64,000 nt of DNA, taken from NCBI GenBank assembly GCA_041392505.1, contig JAWKLX010000015.1, forward strand, positions 101,222-165,221, given 5' to 3'. Below the pieces are notes generated by a model, which worked only from the letters and a program-made list of their open reading frames with translations, was not told the DNA's origin and searched no databases. The first letter of the stretch is position 1; each line of letters begins with the position of its first letter. This stretch comes from Saprospiraceae bacterium. GTDB taxonomy: Bacteria; Bacteroidota; Bacteroidia; Chitinophagales; Saprospiraceae. Positions 47,313 through 58,209 of this stretch are shown piece after piece. The position numbers and the translations under genes are program-made.

Positions 47313-50189
47313 TTATTTCCGCACGTCTCTTGGTGTGTGGCCGAACTCCTCCCGGAATGCTTGTGAGAACCACGAAAGATTGTCGAATCCGACGTTGTAG
47401 GCTACTTCCGAAACGGACAGGTCTGTGGTTTCAAGGAGTTCATTGGCGCAGTGCAGTCGGTGTTTGCGAATGAAAAGAGAAGTGGGGTGCCCGGTCAAGG
47501 CTTTTATTTTTCGGTGGAGTTGCGAGCGGCTCATGCCGAGTTCTTGACAAAGCTGCGCAGAGGAAAAACCCACTTCCGGCAGGTGGGCATTCAAGCAGTT
47601 TTTCACCTTATCCAAAAAAATGGTTTCCAGCGTTGGGGGGACTTCATCGGGCAGTTGGAGGTGGCGGCGCAGGTTTTCTTTCAGCTTCGCAAAATTATCG
47701 AGCCGCTGCAGCAGTTCGGCCCGGTCGAAAGGTTTGACAAGGTACGCATCCGCCCCTTTGGACAATCCGAGCAATTTGTCCTCTTGCGTGGCTTTGGCGG
47801 TGAGCAATAGCACGGGAATGTGACTGGTCCGCTCGTCCGACTTGAGTTTTTCACACACCTCGAAACCATTCATACCGGGCATCATCACGTCGGAAATAAT
47901 CACATCAGGGATGTGATCGAAGGCCAAGCCCATACCAGTCTCACCGTTGCGTGCGGTTAGCACCTGCCAGTTGGCGCGCAGGCACTCATTGATGTAATAC
48001 TGCACATCGGCATTGTCCTCAATAACCAATGCGATGGGTTTCCCATTGTTTTCGTCTGGCACATTTTCCATCACAAAAGGCGCTTGGAGGTTTGTTTTCC
48101 TTTCCGGCAATCCTTCATATAGAGGAAGTTTTTCGACTAAAGGGGCCATTTGGTGAATGGGCACTTGGATGAAAAAAGTAGTTCCTTTTTCAGGTTGGCT
48201 CTCCAGCCAGATGCGACCCTGCATCATTTCGACCAGTTCTTTGACAAAGGCCAAACCGATGCCGGTGCCTTCACTTCGTATCTGAGTGGCTTGACCAGTC
48301 TGGTAAAAACGGTCGAAGACATTTTGCTGCTCTTCCAAAGGAATGCCTACCCCTGTATCTTTCACCCTGATCTCCAACCACTCGCCACCAGCTTGGTGGA
48401 GTTTTTTGGCAAAGACAAGCACTTGGCCATGCTTCGGTGTAAACTTGAATGCGTTCGACAACAGGTTGTTCAATAGATGCTGTATTCGGTTGGGGTCGAA
48501 GTCCATCGTAAGTTTATTTTCCTCGGAAAAAAATTGCAGACCGATGTGCTTGGAAAAAGCAAAGGACTGGTAGGAGTCAGTCAGCACTTGCATAAAACCG
48601 ATGATGTCGTCCTGGACCATTTCCAGCTTGAGGGCATGGTTGTCCATGCGGGTGAGGTCCAGCAGTTGGTTGATGAGCTGGAGGAGCTGGCGTCCATTTT
48701 TTTTGAGCAATTGTAATCGTTCGGTGGTTTTGTAGCTAGGGTTTTTCTCCACCTCGTCCGCAAGGCCGAGCATGACGGTGAGGGGGGTGCGAAACTCGTG
48801 GGTGATGTTGGTGAAAAGGCGGGTTTTCAGCTCGTCCATTTCTGCCAGCCGAAGGGCTTCGTTTTCAGCCTGTGCTTTCTCCATTTCCATCATCCTCGAC
48901 TTGTAGCCCAGACCAGTTGAAAAAAGCAGCATTTCCAAAAGCACTCCAACGAATGCGGGAATATGGGAATAGTCCCAAACGCCCCAGGCGTGGGTAGTGT
49001 GAAGGTAACTAATGATAATAACCACGAGGTTGGAGAGCATGAGCAAAAGCGTGCCAGCGAGGATGAATTTTGAAAGTTTGTCAAGCGATTTTACAATTAG
49101 GAAAAAGAAATAAAAACCAAACAATAGAAAGATCAGCCGGGCATAGGTGGTCATCTCCCATGCCCAGTAAGGGTCAATGTAAACCCACACTCGTTCCAGT
49201 AGGAGAAAGCCCCCCATGCCAACCAATAGCCGCTTGCTAAGCCGGTACAAGACAGGGTGTCGCTTTTTGGTGTCCAAAAAGGCATTCACGAAAAGGAGAT
49301 AGAAAAAATATTGACCAAAAGCCAGTGGCATGTACCATGCATGTTCTGCCATCGGGAGGGGGAGTACTTGAAAAAAAGGGTTGTAATTATTGAATTCCCG
49401 GATGTAAAAAATAATGATGGAAAAAAGGTAGAATGCGTACCAGAGATAAGCCCTATCTCGGTTTTGCGCAAATTGTAGGAGCGTGAACACCCCGATAAAA
49501 GCAAGTATCCCGAAAAAAAGGCCATGGAACAGAAAAAAGGTGAAAGATTGTTTGGAAAGCTCCTGTGCCCGTTTCATCGGCGCATAAAATGCAGGCCGGA
49601 ATGGGACATGGAAACTGAGCCAAGAGCGCAATCTGACTAATAGTAAATAGTGTTTTTCAGGCTGTAACCGGAGCTGGAAATCCCCATAAAAGGGCACGGG
49701 GAGATCGTCTAAAACATCCGTCGCTGCATATTTGGCCCCTGTCCTTCCTTGTTGGACGAGGGAATCGTTTTCCAATAAGAAGAAATCCACATGGTCTTTT
49801 CTTACCCCTGCAAAAACAATATTTTCAGGTTGTTTTAAATTGGTTGTAGCCACCTCCACGGCCAGCCAGTAAGCCAACTTACCCCGCTTAAATTTTTTTG
49901 GCCAAGCAAATTTTTCCAAAGGCAGGAATGCTCCGTGTTCATAGTGTTTTTTTGCTTCTTGCCATACCATTTCCAAAGAGGTGTCGGCCAATAGAGAGGC
50001 ATTTGTTGTCAGGTCGAAAAGGCTGTCGGGGGTCTGGGTAAAGCGGAAAGGGAGTGTTGTCGATAAGCGGGCTGGTTGGATGGGGTTTTCAAAACCCCGT
50101 TGCCCATGAACAAAAAGAGAAGCAAAAACCCAAACAAGGATACCAAGGAATATGGTTTTTTTGAAAATAAACATAAGAGAATCAGTCAA
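47313..50189 (-). CDS. hybrid sensor kinase with 7TMR-DISM extracellular and 7TM module, HisKA, HATPase_c, REC, AraC HTH
   Basis: Signal peptide; periplasmic domain; seven hydrophobic helices; H-box NITHEFRTPLTVMLGL; REC (ALVIEDNADV...ISDVMMPGMNG); AraC HTH at the C-terminus. Confidence 0.85.
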   Translation of the reverse strand: MTDSLMFIFKKTIFLGILVWVFASLFVHGQRGFENPIQPARLSTTLPFRFTQTPDSLFDLTTNASLLADTSLEMVWQEAKKHYEHGAFLPLEKFAWPKKFKRGKLAYWLAVEVATTNLKQPENIVFAGVRKDHVDFFLLENDSLVQQGRTGAKYAATDVLDDLPVPFYGDFQLRLQPEKHYLLLVRLRSWLSFHVPFRPAFYAPMKRAQELSKQSFTFFLFHGLFFGILAFIGVFTLLQFAQNRDRAYLWYAFYLFSIIIFYIREFNNYNPFFQVLPLPMAEHAWYMPLAFGQYFFYLLFVNAFLDTKKRHPVLYRLSKRLLVGMGGFLLLERVWVYIDPYWAWEMTTYARLIFLLFGFYFFFLIVKSLDKLSKFILAGTLLLMLSNLVVIIISYLHTTHAWGVWDYSHIPAFVGVLLEMLLFSTGLGYKSRMMEMEKAQAENEALRLAEMDELKTRLFTNITHEFRTPLTVMLGLADEVEKNPSYKTTERLQLLKKNGRQLLQLINQLLDLTRMDNHALKLEMVQDDIIGFMQVLTDSYQSFAFSKHIGLQFFSEENKLTMDFDPNRIQHLLNNLLSNAFKFTPKHGQVLVFAKKLHQAGGEWLEIRVKDTGVGIPLEEQQNVFDRFYQTGQATQIRSEGTGIGLAFVKELVEMMQGRIWLESQPEKGTTFFIQVPIHQMAPLVEKLPLYEGLPERKTNLQAPFVMENVPDENNGKPIALVIEDNADVQYYINECLRANWQVLTARNGETGMGLAFDHIPDVIISDVMMPGMNGFEVCEKLKSDERTSHIPVLLLTAKATQEDKLLGLSKGADAYLVKPFDRAELLQRLDNFAKLKENLRRHLQLPDEVPPTLETIFLDKVKNCLNAHLPEVGFSSAQLCQELGMSRSQLHRKIKALTGHPTSLFIRKHRLHCANELLETTDLSVSEVAYNVGFDNLSWFSQAFREEFGHTPRDVRK

Positions 50190-50499
50190 TTATTTCAAGG
50201 CGGCAGCCCAGGGTCAAGTCATTATCTGTGGCTGCAAAATAGAAAAATTTTGAGGCAAACTGTTTTAAAAATCAATTATTGATGAGACTTGCTAGATACC
50301 TCTCAAAAGCTTCGAAAGGGGAAAGGCGATAAGAAATTGGGCTGGGCTGGGCAGCTATTCCTGAGAGGTTTTGGTTCGGTGATAAGCAACGCACCAGTCT
50401 GTTACAGGTGCTGGGATTGAGCATGTTCGGGATTTCGCTTTGCTCAATCTGCTAATTGATTCTACAAATATTGAGTTAAATCCAAGCTGACAGGTATTT

Positions 50500-50919
50500 T
50501 CAATCTTCCCCAAAAAAACGCTTTTCAAAAACATACCGTTTCCCGTAAAAATTGTAGAAGAAAATAATCCCGTTGACCAATATTTTAGCGAACCAATGGT
50601 ATTTGTTTAAAAAAGGTATTTCCATGAAAAAGGCAAACAAGGTAGCGTTCATCGCCCAGCCGCCAGCCGAGACCAACATGGCCAATAGGAACGTTTTCCG
50701 CAGCCCCCGTGTCATGGAAAAAATATACTTTTTCTGGAGCATGAAATTGATGACGACCCCAACGGGGTAAGAAATAAAATTGGCCCACCTTTTATCCAGA
50801 CCAAACTGCAGTAAAATAAAATACAGCAAATAATCAACAGCCGTTGCCGTGGCGGAAGCGGTCGCATATTTCGCTTTTAAAATAAACAGCTTTTTTAATT
50901 GCGGAAAGGAAAGGCTCAT
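50500..50919 (-). CDS. GtrA-family membrane protein
   Basis: 139 aa, four TM helices, GtrA-like spacing. Confidence 0.6.
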   Translation of the reverse strand: MSLSFPQLKKLFILKAKYATASATATAVDYLLYFILLQFGLDKRWANFISYPVGVVINFMLQKKYIFSMTRGLRKTFLLAMLVSAGGWAMNATLFAFFMEIPFLNKYHWFAKILVNGIIFFYNFYGKRYVFEKRFFGED

Positions 50920-50963
50920 GGTCTGGTGACTGTCAGGTAGGGCTTTCTTGTGAAAATCTGGAT

Positions 50964-51087
50964 GGCGGCGGTGGCAAAGCCACCGCCGCCGTCAGAGTTA
51001 AGGGGGAGGAAAATTGGCAGAGCCAATTTTCCTCCCCTTAAACCTTTTGTCCCGATCGGATTAGCCATAGGCCAATCCGATCGGGAC
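50964..51087. repeat. three consecutive hairpins; the middle and last are homologous to the 19-293 element
   Basis: ggcggcggtggc-aaa-gccaccgccgcc; ttaagggggaggaaaattggCAGAGCcaattttcctccccttaa; gtcccgatcggattagcc-ata-ggccaatccgatcgggac. Confidence 0.6.
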
Positions 51088-51190
51088 AATTATAAGGCTG
51101 CCTATTTTAACGGTGAAAGTCTTATGTGCAAATTTTCACAAACAAACATTGAAAACGTTACAAAAGATGCATAGTTACGAACCTTTCCCT

Positions 51191-51255
51191 CCAACCATAA
51201 AACCATAAAACCATAAAACCATAAAACCATCCAACCATGAAACCATGAAACCCTC
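51191..51255. repeat. (aaaccat)n tandem heptamers just 3' of the giant type-B gene stop
   Basis: ccataaaaccataaaaccataaaaccataaaaccatccaaccatgaaaccatgaaacc. Confidence 0.7.
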
Positions 51256-54200
51256 ACCTCAACAAAGTCACATCCCCCTTCACGACTATTTCCTCTTCTT
51301 CACAAGCCAGTTCCAGCATAAAAACATAAACATCCGAAGCGGCGGATTTTCCTTTAAAATTGCCGTCCCAGACAATGCCGCTGACCCCTTCCCCCTCATA
51401 GACCTTGGTGCCCCAGCGGTCCCAGATACGGAGTTTAGCGGAGGTAACAAGTTTGTCTACACCGGGCCTCCAGACCGGGCCAAAACGGTCGTTCTTGTTG
51501 TCGTTGTTCGGGGTAAAAACATTTGGCAACAGTATGCTTTCGGTACTACATGGCGGGATGGCAATGACAGCAACCTGGGTGGTTGCCCTACAGGTCGTCC
51601 CGTCGGAAACGGTCACTTCAAACGTTTGGTTGATGACTTCTAAAGTGGGCATGGCACACGTATCGCAACTGAGCGGCTCGCTTGGCGTCCATTGGTAAGT
51701 GGAAAAACCAGTGCCGAGTTGGTCGATGGTAATTTCTGTACCTTCCGGAAAACAGAGGGTGTCAAGCGGAAAATCCAAAATAGGGGTGTCACGTGGCTCG
51801 TAAAATCGGCAACGCACCACATCACAGCCAGCGGATGTAATGATGGTATCGCAGATTTCTATTTCATCAAAATAGGCTATACTATCGATCACGATGGAAT
51901 CGCCCGTGCAAAGAGGGATTGTGTCAATGAGCATTTCCTCCGGTACATTGATGATGTAGTTCAAGGTGTTCGGGCAATCAAACTCATCCGTCCAGATGAG
52001 GGTCACCACAGCCGTATCGGTCAGTACAATCACTTGGTCTTGCAAGGAAGAATCAATGATACCGGGGCCCTCCCAGTCATAAGATGTTGCCCCAATTTCT
52101 CCTGACAAAGAGATGACGGTATTGGGGCATTTTTCTAAAATTGAATCGAGTGGAACATCGCCACCTTCCCCAATGACGATGGGGAATTGGTAGTTGACAA
52201 CACACCCATTTGGATAGGTGTCCAGCATGTCAATATTGATAGTTGCAGGCAAGGAGGGGAGGGAGAGTTCGTCAGTGTTCAAGATAGGGTTGGGGCAGTC
52301 CGCACAAGACAGGCCATCGGGTGGCGACCACTGGTAAGTATGTCCAGAAATGGCAGGTATCGGTAACCCGATGGGAGCCATGATGCCAAAGCAGGTCGAA
52401 TCCGGCTCAAAAAAGTAAGGTATTTCCCCTTCCATCATCAATACTTCTTCCGTACAAGTGCAATTATTTTGACCATTGACGACGGCAATGATGCTACAAA
52501 GCACACTGTAAAATGCTGGGAAAGAGCCTGCAATCGGTACAATTTCCCCCATGCCTAAGCCGCCGGAGTGCGTGTAGGTGTTGAGCAGATTGTCGCCGGG
52601 AGTGAGGGTGCCGCTGTTGTCGACATCGTTGTAGAATTCAACAAAGACGTCATTCGAGGTGGCGTTGCCGTTGTTTTCCAGCAATAAATTATAGTTCACC
52701 AGCCCGTTCTCCACGAATAACGTCAGGTTGTCCAAGCCCAGGGAAGGGATGGTAAATTGGACGGGCAGATCCTTGCGGCCAGTTTCTGCCAAGATGGAAC
52801 AGAGTTTACCCGTAGCGATACATTCTGCTTCTTGGAGTTGGTAGGTGACGATTTCCAAAACCGTACTATCGCATTCACCTCCGGCTACCGCCGAAAAGAC
52901 CATGCTGAAACTGATGGTAGTAAATGGCTGCAATCCCGCCACCAATGGCCATTTCAGCACAAATTGATTGTTAGAAAAATCGACAATCGGAGCGTTGGCC
53001 GAGGCATTCATGCCGGGCGAATACGACCCCGGTTGGTAGGCCAGCCCCGGTGGGACGAGCACAAAAACACTGTCGGTCGAAGCGGTGACCGCATCGGCAT
53101 CGAGGGTCACATCAATTTGAATATCATCGCCACAGGTTAGGGTGGGGGGCACGTTGGTGCCGATGGTAATATCCGTTTCATAAAGTGGGGTTACCCCTTC
53201 GATAAACAGCTCGGCGCCGGGCTTGCTCAGGTTGTTGGCGTCGAGTCCGCAACCCTGTACGGCAGAGGCGTTGAAAATGATTTGCGAGGGCGAAACGAAC
53301 CCACAGGATGAGGCCGCCTTAAAACGAATAGTCACCGAATGATCCGGTGCATTGGCGAACCCCAAAAGTCCCAAGTCGCCAAGGGTTGGGTTCATGGCAG
53401 AAAGATCATAAAATGCAGTATCGCTATTTACCAAAACAGGATCGGCGACGGTTTGGAAGGTACTGCCCGTGGGGTACGACATTTCACTGGTGCCGGGGAT
53501 GATGGTCAGGCCGGGCGGCAACAATGCCAATAATTCAAGGTCGTAAACCGACCCGAACTGGGCATTGAAAATCTCAATCGTATGGTAGCCGATGGTTTCA
53601 CATAGCTGAAATGGGGAGACTGGGCTTTCCACTTTCATTTCTATTTCCCCCAACAAAGCACTGAGCGTCAAGACCGAGGTTTGCTCCGAACAGGCTTCTT
53701 CCATGAGGTCGGTATATGGGTTGCAGTTCCAACCAAAAGTTACCTCGACCAGATCGGGCTCACAGTTATTAATGGTGGCCAAAAGCTGGAATTCATTGCT
53801 CCAGTTGGGCGGCAAATCGCCCAATTGGAAAATGCCGTTCTCAGGGGTCAGGATTTGGCCAGTAGTGGTATTAATTAGTTGAAAATCAGTAATCTGCCCA
53901 CTCGGTGACAGCACAGTTAGCCAAGCGTTGAGGGCGTCCTCGTCGGTGGAGGTGAAATTGCCGAATTCAAATTCCCACATGGCCTGATTGGTGGTGCTTA
54001 CATGGTTGATGTTCACCGGAATCAACGCCATGGCTGGACGAATTGGGAAAAAGGTCGCGGGGCCAGTGACGATCGTATCCAAGGGGTCGGTTTCGATGAG
54101 GCTTGGGGCAAAGTCAAGGAGTGTATGTAAATAGAGAGGGTGTGGGGTCGCAACATTGCAGGGGATTTCCCACTCGTGGTTGAACCGTAAGGTGAAGCCC

Positions 54201-57118
54201 TCGTCCAGCGTTTCCACCGGAATATTATCCATGTTAAAAGTATAAACTGGCGCACTGCCCGACCATGGAAAAGGGGTATTGGTAAGAATGGTGGGGCCGC
54301 CTTGAATATTCAGGACTTCTATTTGAGAATTGAGCAGGGAGACAAAATTAGGAACAGTGTATTCCCACGTAACCAAGTCGACAAAACTTCGGAACTCAAA
54401 AGGGAAAAAATTGGGACGGGAGATCCGGAACTCAAAACGGGTGCCGCCCGGCTCATTGGAAGTAGCACAAGAAGGCATTTGGTAAAGCCCCGGGCTGATG
54501 GTGTATTGGTATCCCCCCAATTGCCAACGGCTGAAACTGCCCCCACAGGCAAAATATTGTTCCTGCAAAGGCCCGGGCAAATTGGCAGCAAAAACAGCCG
54601 AGACAGTCCGCATGTTGATGACTCTAGTTGTACCGGGATTATAGATTGCTTTGTGGTAAACATTGGCTTCGATGGCATCGCCATTTTCAAATTCCCAACC
54701 CGGAGGGATATTGCAGCCATTCGCCAACAAAAACGCTGGGGTGATGTCGTAGGCATAAGAAACATAAAACCAAACATCCAAAACATCCTTGGGGCGAGTG
54801 TTGACAACGGAGATTTCCGACCTTTGCATATCGGCTGCGGTTGGGGTAGGGAGAATGCACTCGTACACCTCGCCGGTACTGGCATCTGTAATACTAATGG
54901 TGCCTCCAAGATTTCTAAAACCGGTCACATCGGCCACCAGAGGAAGTTGGCTCAAGGTGTCCATGAACTGCCCGCCATCCCATCCATCATCGATGGAATG
55001 GGATTCAAAATTGACAACCACAACTGCGTTGGGTAACGAAGCACCGGGAATATCCACATTCATCACGGCGTTGACTGTGGTATGCAAGGTGTCGCCCGTT
55101 AAGGCCCGGTCGCGGCGGATGAGGTTCAGGTCGAGGTTGCCAAAACCATCGGCGAAGCGGTTGTTGTCGTTGTCGGGTAGGCCGAGGTTCTCCCGGTGAA
55201 AATCCAAATCCGTGACAAAATAACCGATGATCGTATCCGGGCAAACTTCATTGGTGCTTGCTTCACAAAAATAAGTCAATGGGAAATTCTCACAACTCTG
55301 TGGGCCACAACTCGCTTCGTTTAACAGAATGGTCGAATTGACGTTGACATTCACATTTTCGATTACACCCGTGCCGGGCGGGATCGGGCAAGAGGAAACA
55401 ATTTCCACGATGCAATCGGGTAGTTCAAAACAGTTGGAATCGCAGGCGAAGGTGATGTTAAAATCCGAACCCACTGAGTCCACTCCGAAAGGCAGGTCAA
55501 AATACAGCGATACATCTGTGCCACCGCCAAAACCAGGCGTAATTTCCACACTGTCAGGCGATTGGGAGTTCAAATTAAAACCAGCATTGTTGCCCCAACC
55601 AACGCCACAGGGCAGTTCCATGTCTATCCGAAGGACGCCCGTTGAATCAACTAAAAATGGGGATTTTAAAGTATAGGTCAGCGTGTATTCGCCGTTGTTT
55701 TCCAAAAAATCGCCGATGTAAAATTCAACAAACTGGGAAAGTAGCACTGCTGCGCCATAGTTCTGAGAAGTAGCCCCGCCACTCCCAAATGAACCGGGCG
55801 GGCAATTGTTTTCATGAAAATAGTCAAACCGCCAACTCGGTGGGGTAGCATCACAATCAACCGCACAGACAAAAGCCTCCCATTCGAGGACGACTGTTTC
55901 CCCCGGCAAAAGCTCCGGGATGACAATCGCAATGGAATCAAAAATCCCTGATGGCGTGGCACATTCATCAAAACCGACTGGGTTGAAAAAATCAACTGCT
56001 GCGTTTACGGCATTTCCACCAATGGAAATGGAAAGTGAACTTTGCTGCAAACCCATTGAGCCTTCATTGAAATGGGAAATATAAACGCCCAAGTCAACGG
56101 CTGGCTCGTCACCAGTATTGGTCAGTTGGACGCCTTGGGTATTGCTAATGGCAGCGCAATAATCGGCAGGAAATGGATCGACAATAACCGCCTGAATGAC
56201 TGGCCCCAAGCTACTCGGTGCAATGGCAACCACACCCGTGGTAGAAACGGATTGGCAGTCAATCCCATGACACCCCCAACTGGCCATCAGAAAAGAAGTT
56301 GATTGAGGAGGGGTGCCGCAGCCAGTTATTTCAATGGTTTCGGTAATGATGATTTGTTCGTTCAGTTCAAACAGCCCATCGCCGTCGCCGAAGTTCATAA
56401 AGTCGGAGCCGGTAAGTCGCAGTTCCAAAACTCCCGGAGACTGGGTGATGACTACCCCCATTGGCGAGGAAATGGAAATGCCATCACCGTATAGGTCGGA
56501 AAAAGTCAGGTTTGAGAGTGCTCCCAGACGGGTATTGGTCAGCACCCAGGTACGGGTCAGAATGTCCCCGGTGACACCGCTCATCATCTGATCGTTGAGG
56601 CTGACAATTTGCAATAGGGCCGTTTCGATGACGTAAGGGGTGGTCGTTACCACCGTGCTGCCACCCGTAAAATTGACCGTATATTTATTGGTGAACAGGT
56701 CGCCGTTGTTGATGGCGCCCACCAGTAGGCACTGGGTTATGGCCTGCCAAGTCACCGTGACAGATTCTCCCGGCGGTAGCTTTTCCAAACTAAAAATAGG
56801 CGCATTGGGATTGGCGGTATTGGCTTCCATTGCACCAGTCACACTTCCCAACAAATAAGCGATACCCATTGGCATTTCTCCCGTTAGGGTCGGCGAAAAC
56901 AGGGTGTCCGCCAAGGTGTTGGCAATCGTTGCTTCAAACTGAACGGTGTCGCAAACCGTAAAGTCTGGCGGATTGACATAAGTGATGGAAATGTTTTGAG
57001 AAATAATAAACAAAGGCAGGCAACAAAGCCAAAATGTAAAAATTATGCGTGGCAGAGAGTGCATAACAAAGGGTTTTAGAGCGGGCGTAGAGGATGAACA
57101 TTCTTGCACTATCCCCAA
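51254..57118 (-). CDS. giant (about 1937-1954 aa) surface protein with T9SS type B (gliding-motility-associated) C-terminal domain
   Basis: Signal peptide (likely start MHSLPRIIFTFWLCCLPLFIISQ at about 57067); many Cys-containing Ig-like/beta-sandwich-like segments; C-terminus LLPNVFTPNNDNKNDRFGPV...IWDRWGTKVYEGEG...WDGNFKGK...VYVF. Confidence 0.75.
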   Translation of the reverse strand: MGIVQECSSSTPALKPFVMHSLPRIIFTFWLCCLPLFIISQNISITYVNPPDFTVCDTVQFEATIANTLADTLFSPTLTGEMPMGIAYLLGSVTGAMEANTANPNAPIFSLEKLPPGESVTVTWQAITQCLLVGAINNGDLFTNKYTVNFTGGSTVVTTTPYVIETALLQIVSLNDQMMSGVTGDILTRTWVLTNTRLGALSNLTFSDLYGDGISISSPMGVVITQSPGVLELRLTGSDFMNFGDGDGLFELNEQIIITETIEITGCGTPPQSTSFLMASWGCHGIDCQSVSTTGVVAIAPSSLGPVIQAVIVDPFPADYCAAISNTQGVQLTNTGDEPAVDLGVYISHFNEGSMGLQQSSLSISIGGNAVNAAVDFFNPVGFDECATPSGIFDSIAIVIPELLPGETVVLEWEAFVCAVDCDATPPSWRFDYFHENNCPPGSFGSGGATSQNYGAAVLLSQFVEFYIGDFLENNGEYTLTYTLKSPFLVDSTGVLRIDMELPCGVGWGNNAGFNLNSQSPDSVEITPGFGGGTDVSLYFDLPFGVDSVGSDFNITFACDSNCFELPDCIVEIVSSCPIPPGTGVIENVNVNVNSTILLNEASCGPQSCENFPLTYFCEASTNEVCPDTIIGYFVTDLDFHRENLGLPDNDNNRFADGFGNLDLNLIRRDRALTGDTLHTTVNAVMNVDIPGASLPNAVVVVNFESHSIDDGWDGGQFMDTLSQLPLVADVTGFRNLGGTISITDASTGEVYECILPTPTAADMQRSEISVVNTRPKDVLDVWFYVSYAYDITPAFLLANGCNIPPGWEFENGDAIEANVYHKAIYNPGTTRVINMRTVSAVFAANLPGPLQEQYFACGGSFSRWQLGGYQYTISPGLYQMPSCATSNEPGGTRFEFRISRPNFFPFEFRSFVDLVTWEYTVPNFVSLLNSQIEVLNIQGGPTILTNTPFPWSGSAPVYTFNMDNIPVETLDEGFTLRFNHEWEIPCNVATPHPLYLHTLLDFAPSLIETDPLDTIVTGPATFFPIRPAMALIPVNINHVSTTNQAMWEFEFGNFTSTDEDALNAWLTVLSPSGQITDFQLINTTTGQILTPENGIFQLGDLPPNWSNEFQLLATINNCEPDLVEVTFGWNCNPYTDLMEEACSEQTSVLTLSALLGEIEMKVESPVSPFQLCETIGYHTIEIFNAQFGSVYDLELLALLPPGLTIIPGTSEMSYPTGSTFQTVADPVLVNSDTAFYDLSAMNPTLGDLGLLGFANAPDHSVTIRFKAASSCGFVSPSQIIFNASAVQGCGLDANNLSKPGAELFIEGVTPLYETDITIGTNVPPTLTCGDDIQIDVTLDADAVTASTDSVFVLVPPGLAYQPGSYSPGMNASANAPIVDFSNNQFVLKWPLVAGLQPFTTISFSMVFSAVAGGECDSTVLEIVTYQLQEAECIATGKLCSILAETGRKDLPVQFTIPSLGLDNLTLFVENGLVNYNLLLENNGNATSNDVFVEFYNDVDNSGTLTPGDNLLNTYTHSGGLGMGEIVPIAGSFPAFYSVLCSIIAVVNGQNNCTCTEEVLMMEGEIPYFFEPDSTCFGIMAPIGLPIPAISGHTYQWSPPDGLSCADCPNPILNTDELSLPSLPATINIDMLDTYPNGCVVNYQFPIVIGEGGDVPLDSILEKCPNTVISLSGEIGATSYDWEGPGIIDSSLQDQVIVLTDTAVVTLIWTDEFDCPNTLNYIINVPEEMLIDTIPLCTGDSIVIDSIAYFDEIEICDTIITSAGCDVVRCRFYEPRDTPILDFPLDTLCFPEGTEITIDQLGTGFSTYQWTPSEPLSCDTCAMPTLEVINQTFEVTVSDGTTCRATTQVAVIAIPPCSTESILLPNVFTPNNDNKNDRFGPVWRPGVDKLVTSAKLRIWDRWGTKVYEGEGVSGIVWDGNFKGKSAASDVYVFMLELACEEEEIVVKGDVTLLR

Positions 57119-57380
57119 GCCGTTGGTTTGTTTTGTAATTCAATTAACGGTAAAAAAAATGTCAGCGTTGGTGCAAGATAGTTTTTTAATAAAAAGAATT
57201 TAAGAATAATCAGGTTTTTGAAAAAACAGTTTCCTCTTTGAAATAACTTTTGCTTTCAAATAGATTCCTATTCGGAGTTTTGGTGAAAAAATAGATGGGT
57301 TGTTAAATTTGCGATCTGATGCCCGGTAAATTTTAGGATTCACAGGATCAGGATTTTTCACTAAATAAAAAACTATCAGA

Positions 57381-58115
57381 ATGAACAAAAAATTATTGAT
57401 TACCCTCCTGACCTGCTTTTTCCTACCCATCTTCCTATCCGCACAAATCACCGACCCGGTCGCTACCGAAGTTTGGGAGCCCGTGCCACGTAAAGTGACG
57501 CCCGGACAAAATACGTCCCCACCTTCCGATGCAATCGTATTGTTTGATGGAAAGAATTTGGATGAATGGACGCACGAAGATGGTTCGCCAGCCCAATGGG
57601 ATTTGAAAGACGGCTACGTAACGGTGGGCAGGGGCAAAGGCGACATTTCCACCAAACGGACTTTTGGCGACTGCCAGCTGCACGTCGAATGGCGTACACC
57701 CGACGATGATTTTGACGAAGGGCAAAACCGGGGCAACAGTGGCATTTTTCTCCAAAGCCGCTACGAGTTGCAAGTGCTCGATAGCTATGGTGGCACAACC
57801 TATTCCAACGGTCAGGCAGGCTCTATTTATAAGCAATATATTCCTTTGGTGAATGCTTGCCGGCCAGCCGGAGAGTGGCAGACTTACGACATTATTTACA
57901 AAGCCCCCGTTTTCAACGCCGATGGCATCAAGGTGTCGCCCGCCTATTTGACTGTTTTGCAAAATGGTATTTTAATACAAAATCATGTTGAAATAAAAGG
58001 GACTACGGAATACATTGGCCTACCGAAAAATATGGCGCACGGAAAGGCTCCGCTCAAATTGCAAGATCACAACGAGAAAGTAAGCTACCGGAATATTTGG
58101 ATCCGGGAATTGTAA
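57381..58115 (+). CDS. DUF1080 (3-keto-disaccharide hydrolase-like, concanavalin-like fold) secreted protein
   Basis: Signal peptide; family hallmarks (NGW-like context, GNSGIFLQSRYELQVLDSYG, PAGEWQTYDIIYKAP, LQNGILIQNHVEIKG, LKLQDH...VSYRNIWIREL). Confidence 0.8.
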   Translation: MNKKLLITLLTCFFLPIFLSAQITDPVATEVWEPVPRKVTPGQNTSPPSDAIVLFDGKNLDEWTHEDGSPAQWDLKDGYVTVGRGKGDISTKRTFGDCQLHVEWRTPDDDFDEGQNRGNSGIFLQSRYELQVLDSYGGTTYSNGQAGSIYKQYIPLVNACRPAGEWQTYDIIYKAPVFNADGIKVSPAYLTVLQNGILIQNHVEIKGTTEYIGLPKNMAHGKAPLKLQDHNEKVSYRNIWIREL

Positions 58116-58120
58116 TGTTT

Positions 58121-58190
58121 CAGAGGTCAGAAATCAGACTGCTGCGCTGCCAGAGGCCAGAATTCTGACAGCGCAGCGGTCTGACCTCTG
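58121..58190. terminator. imperfect long hairpin after the DUF1080 gene
   Basis: cagaggtcaga...gctgcgctg / cagcgcagcggtctgacctctg with an internal bulge. Confidence 0.4.
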
Positions 58191-58209
58191 ACTTCTCATC
58201 TCTCCCTGT

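Noticed and set aside
51245-51643. 132-aa plus-strand ORF
   Set aside because: It overlaps the 3' end of the giant minus-strand gene and the heptamer repeat block.
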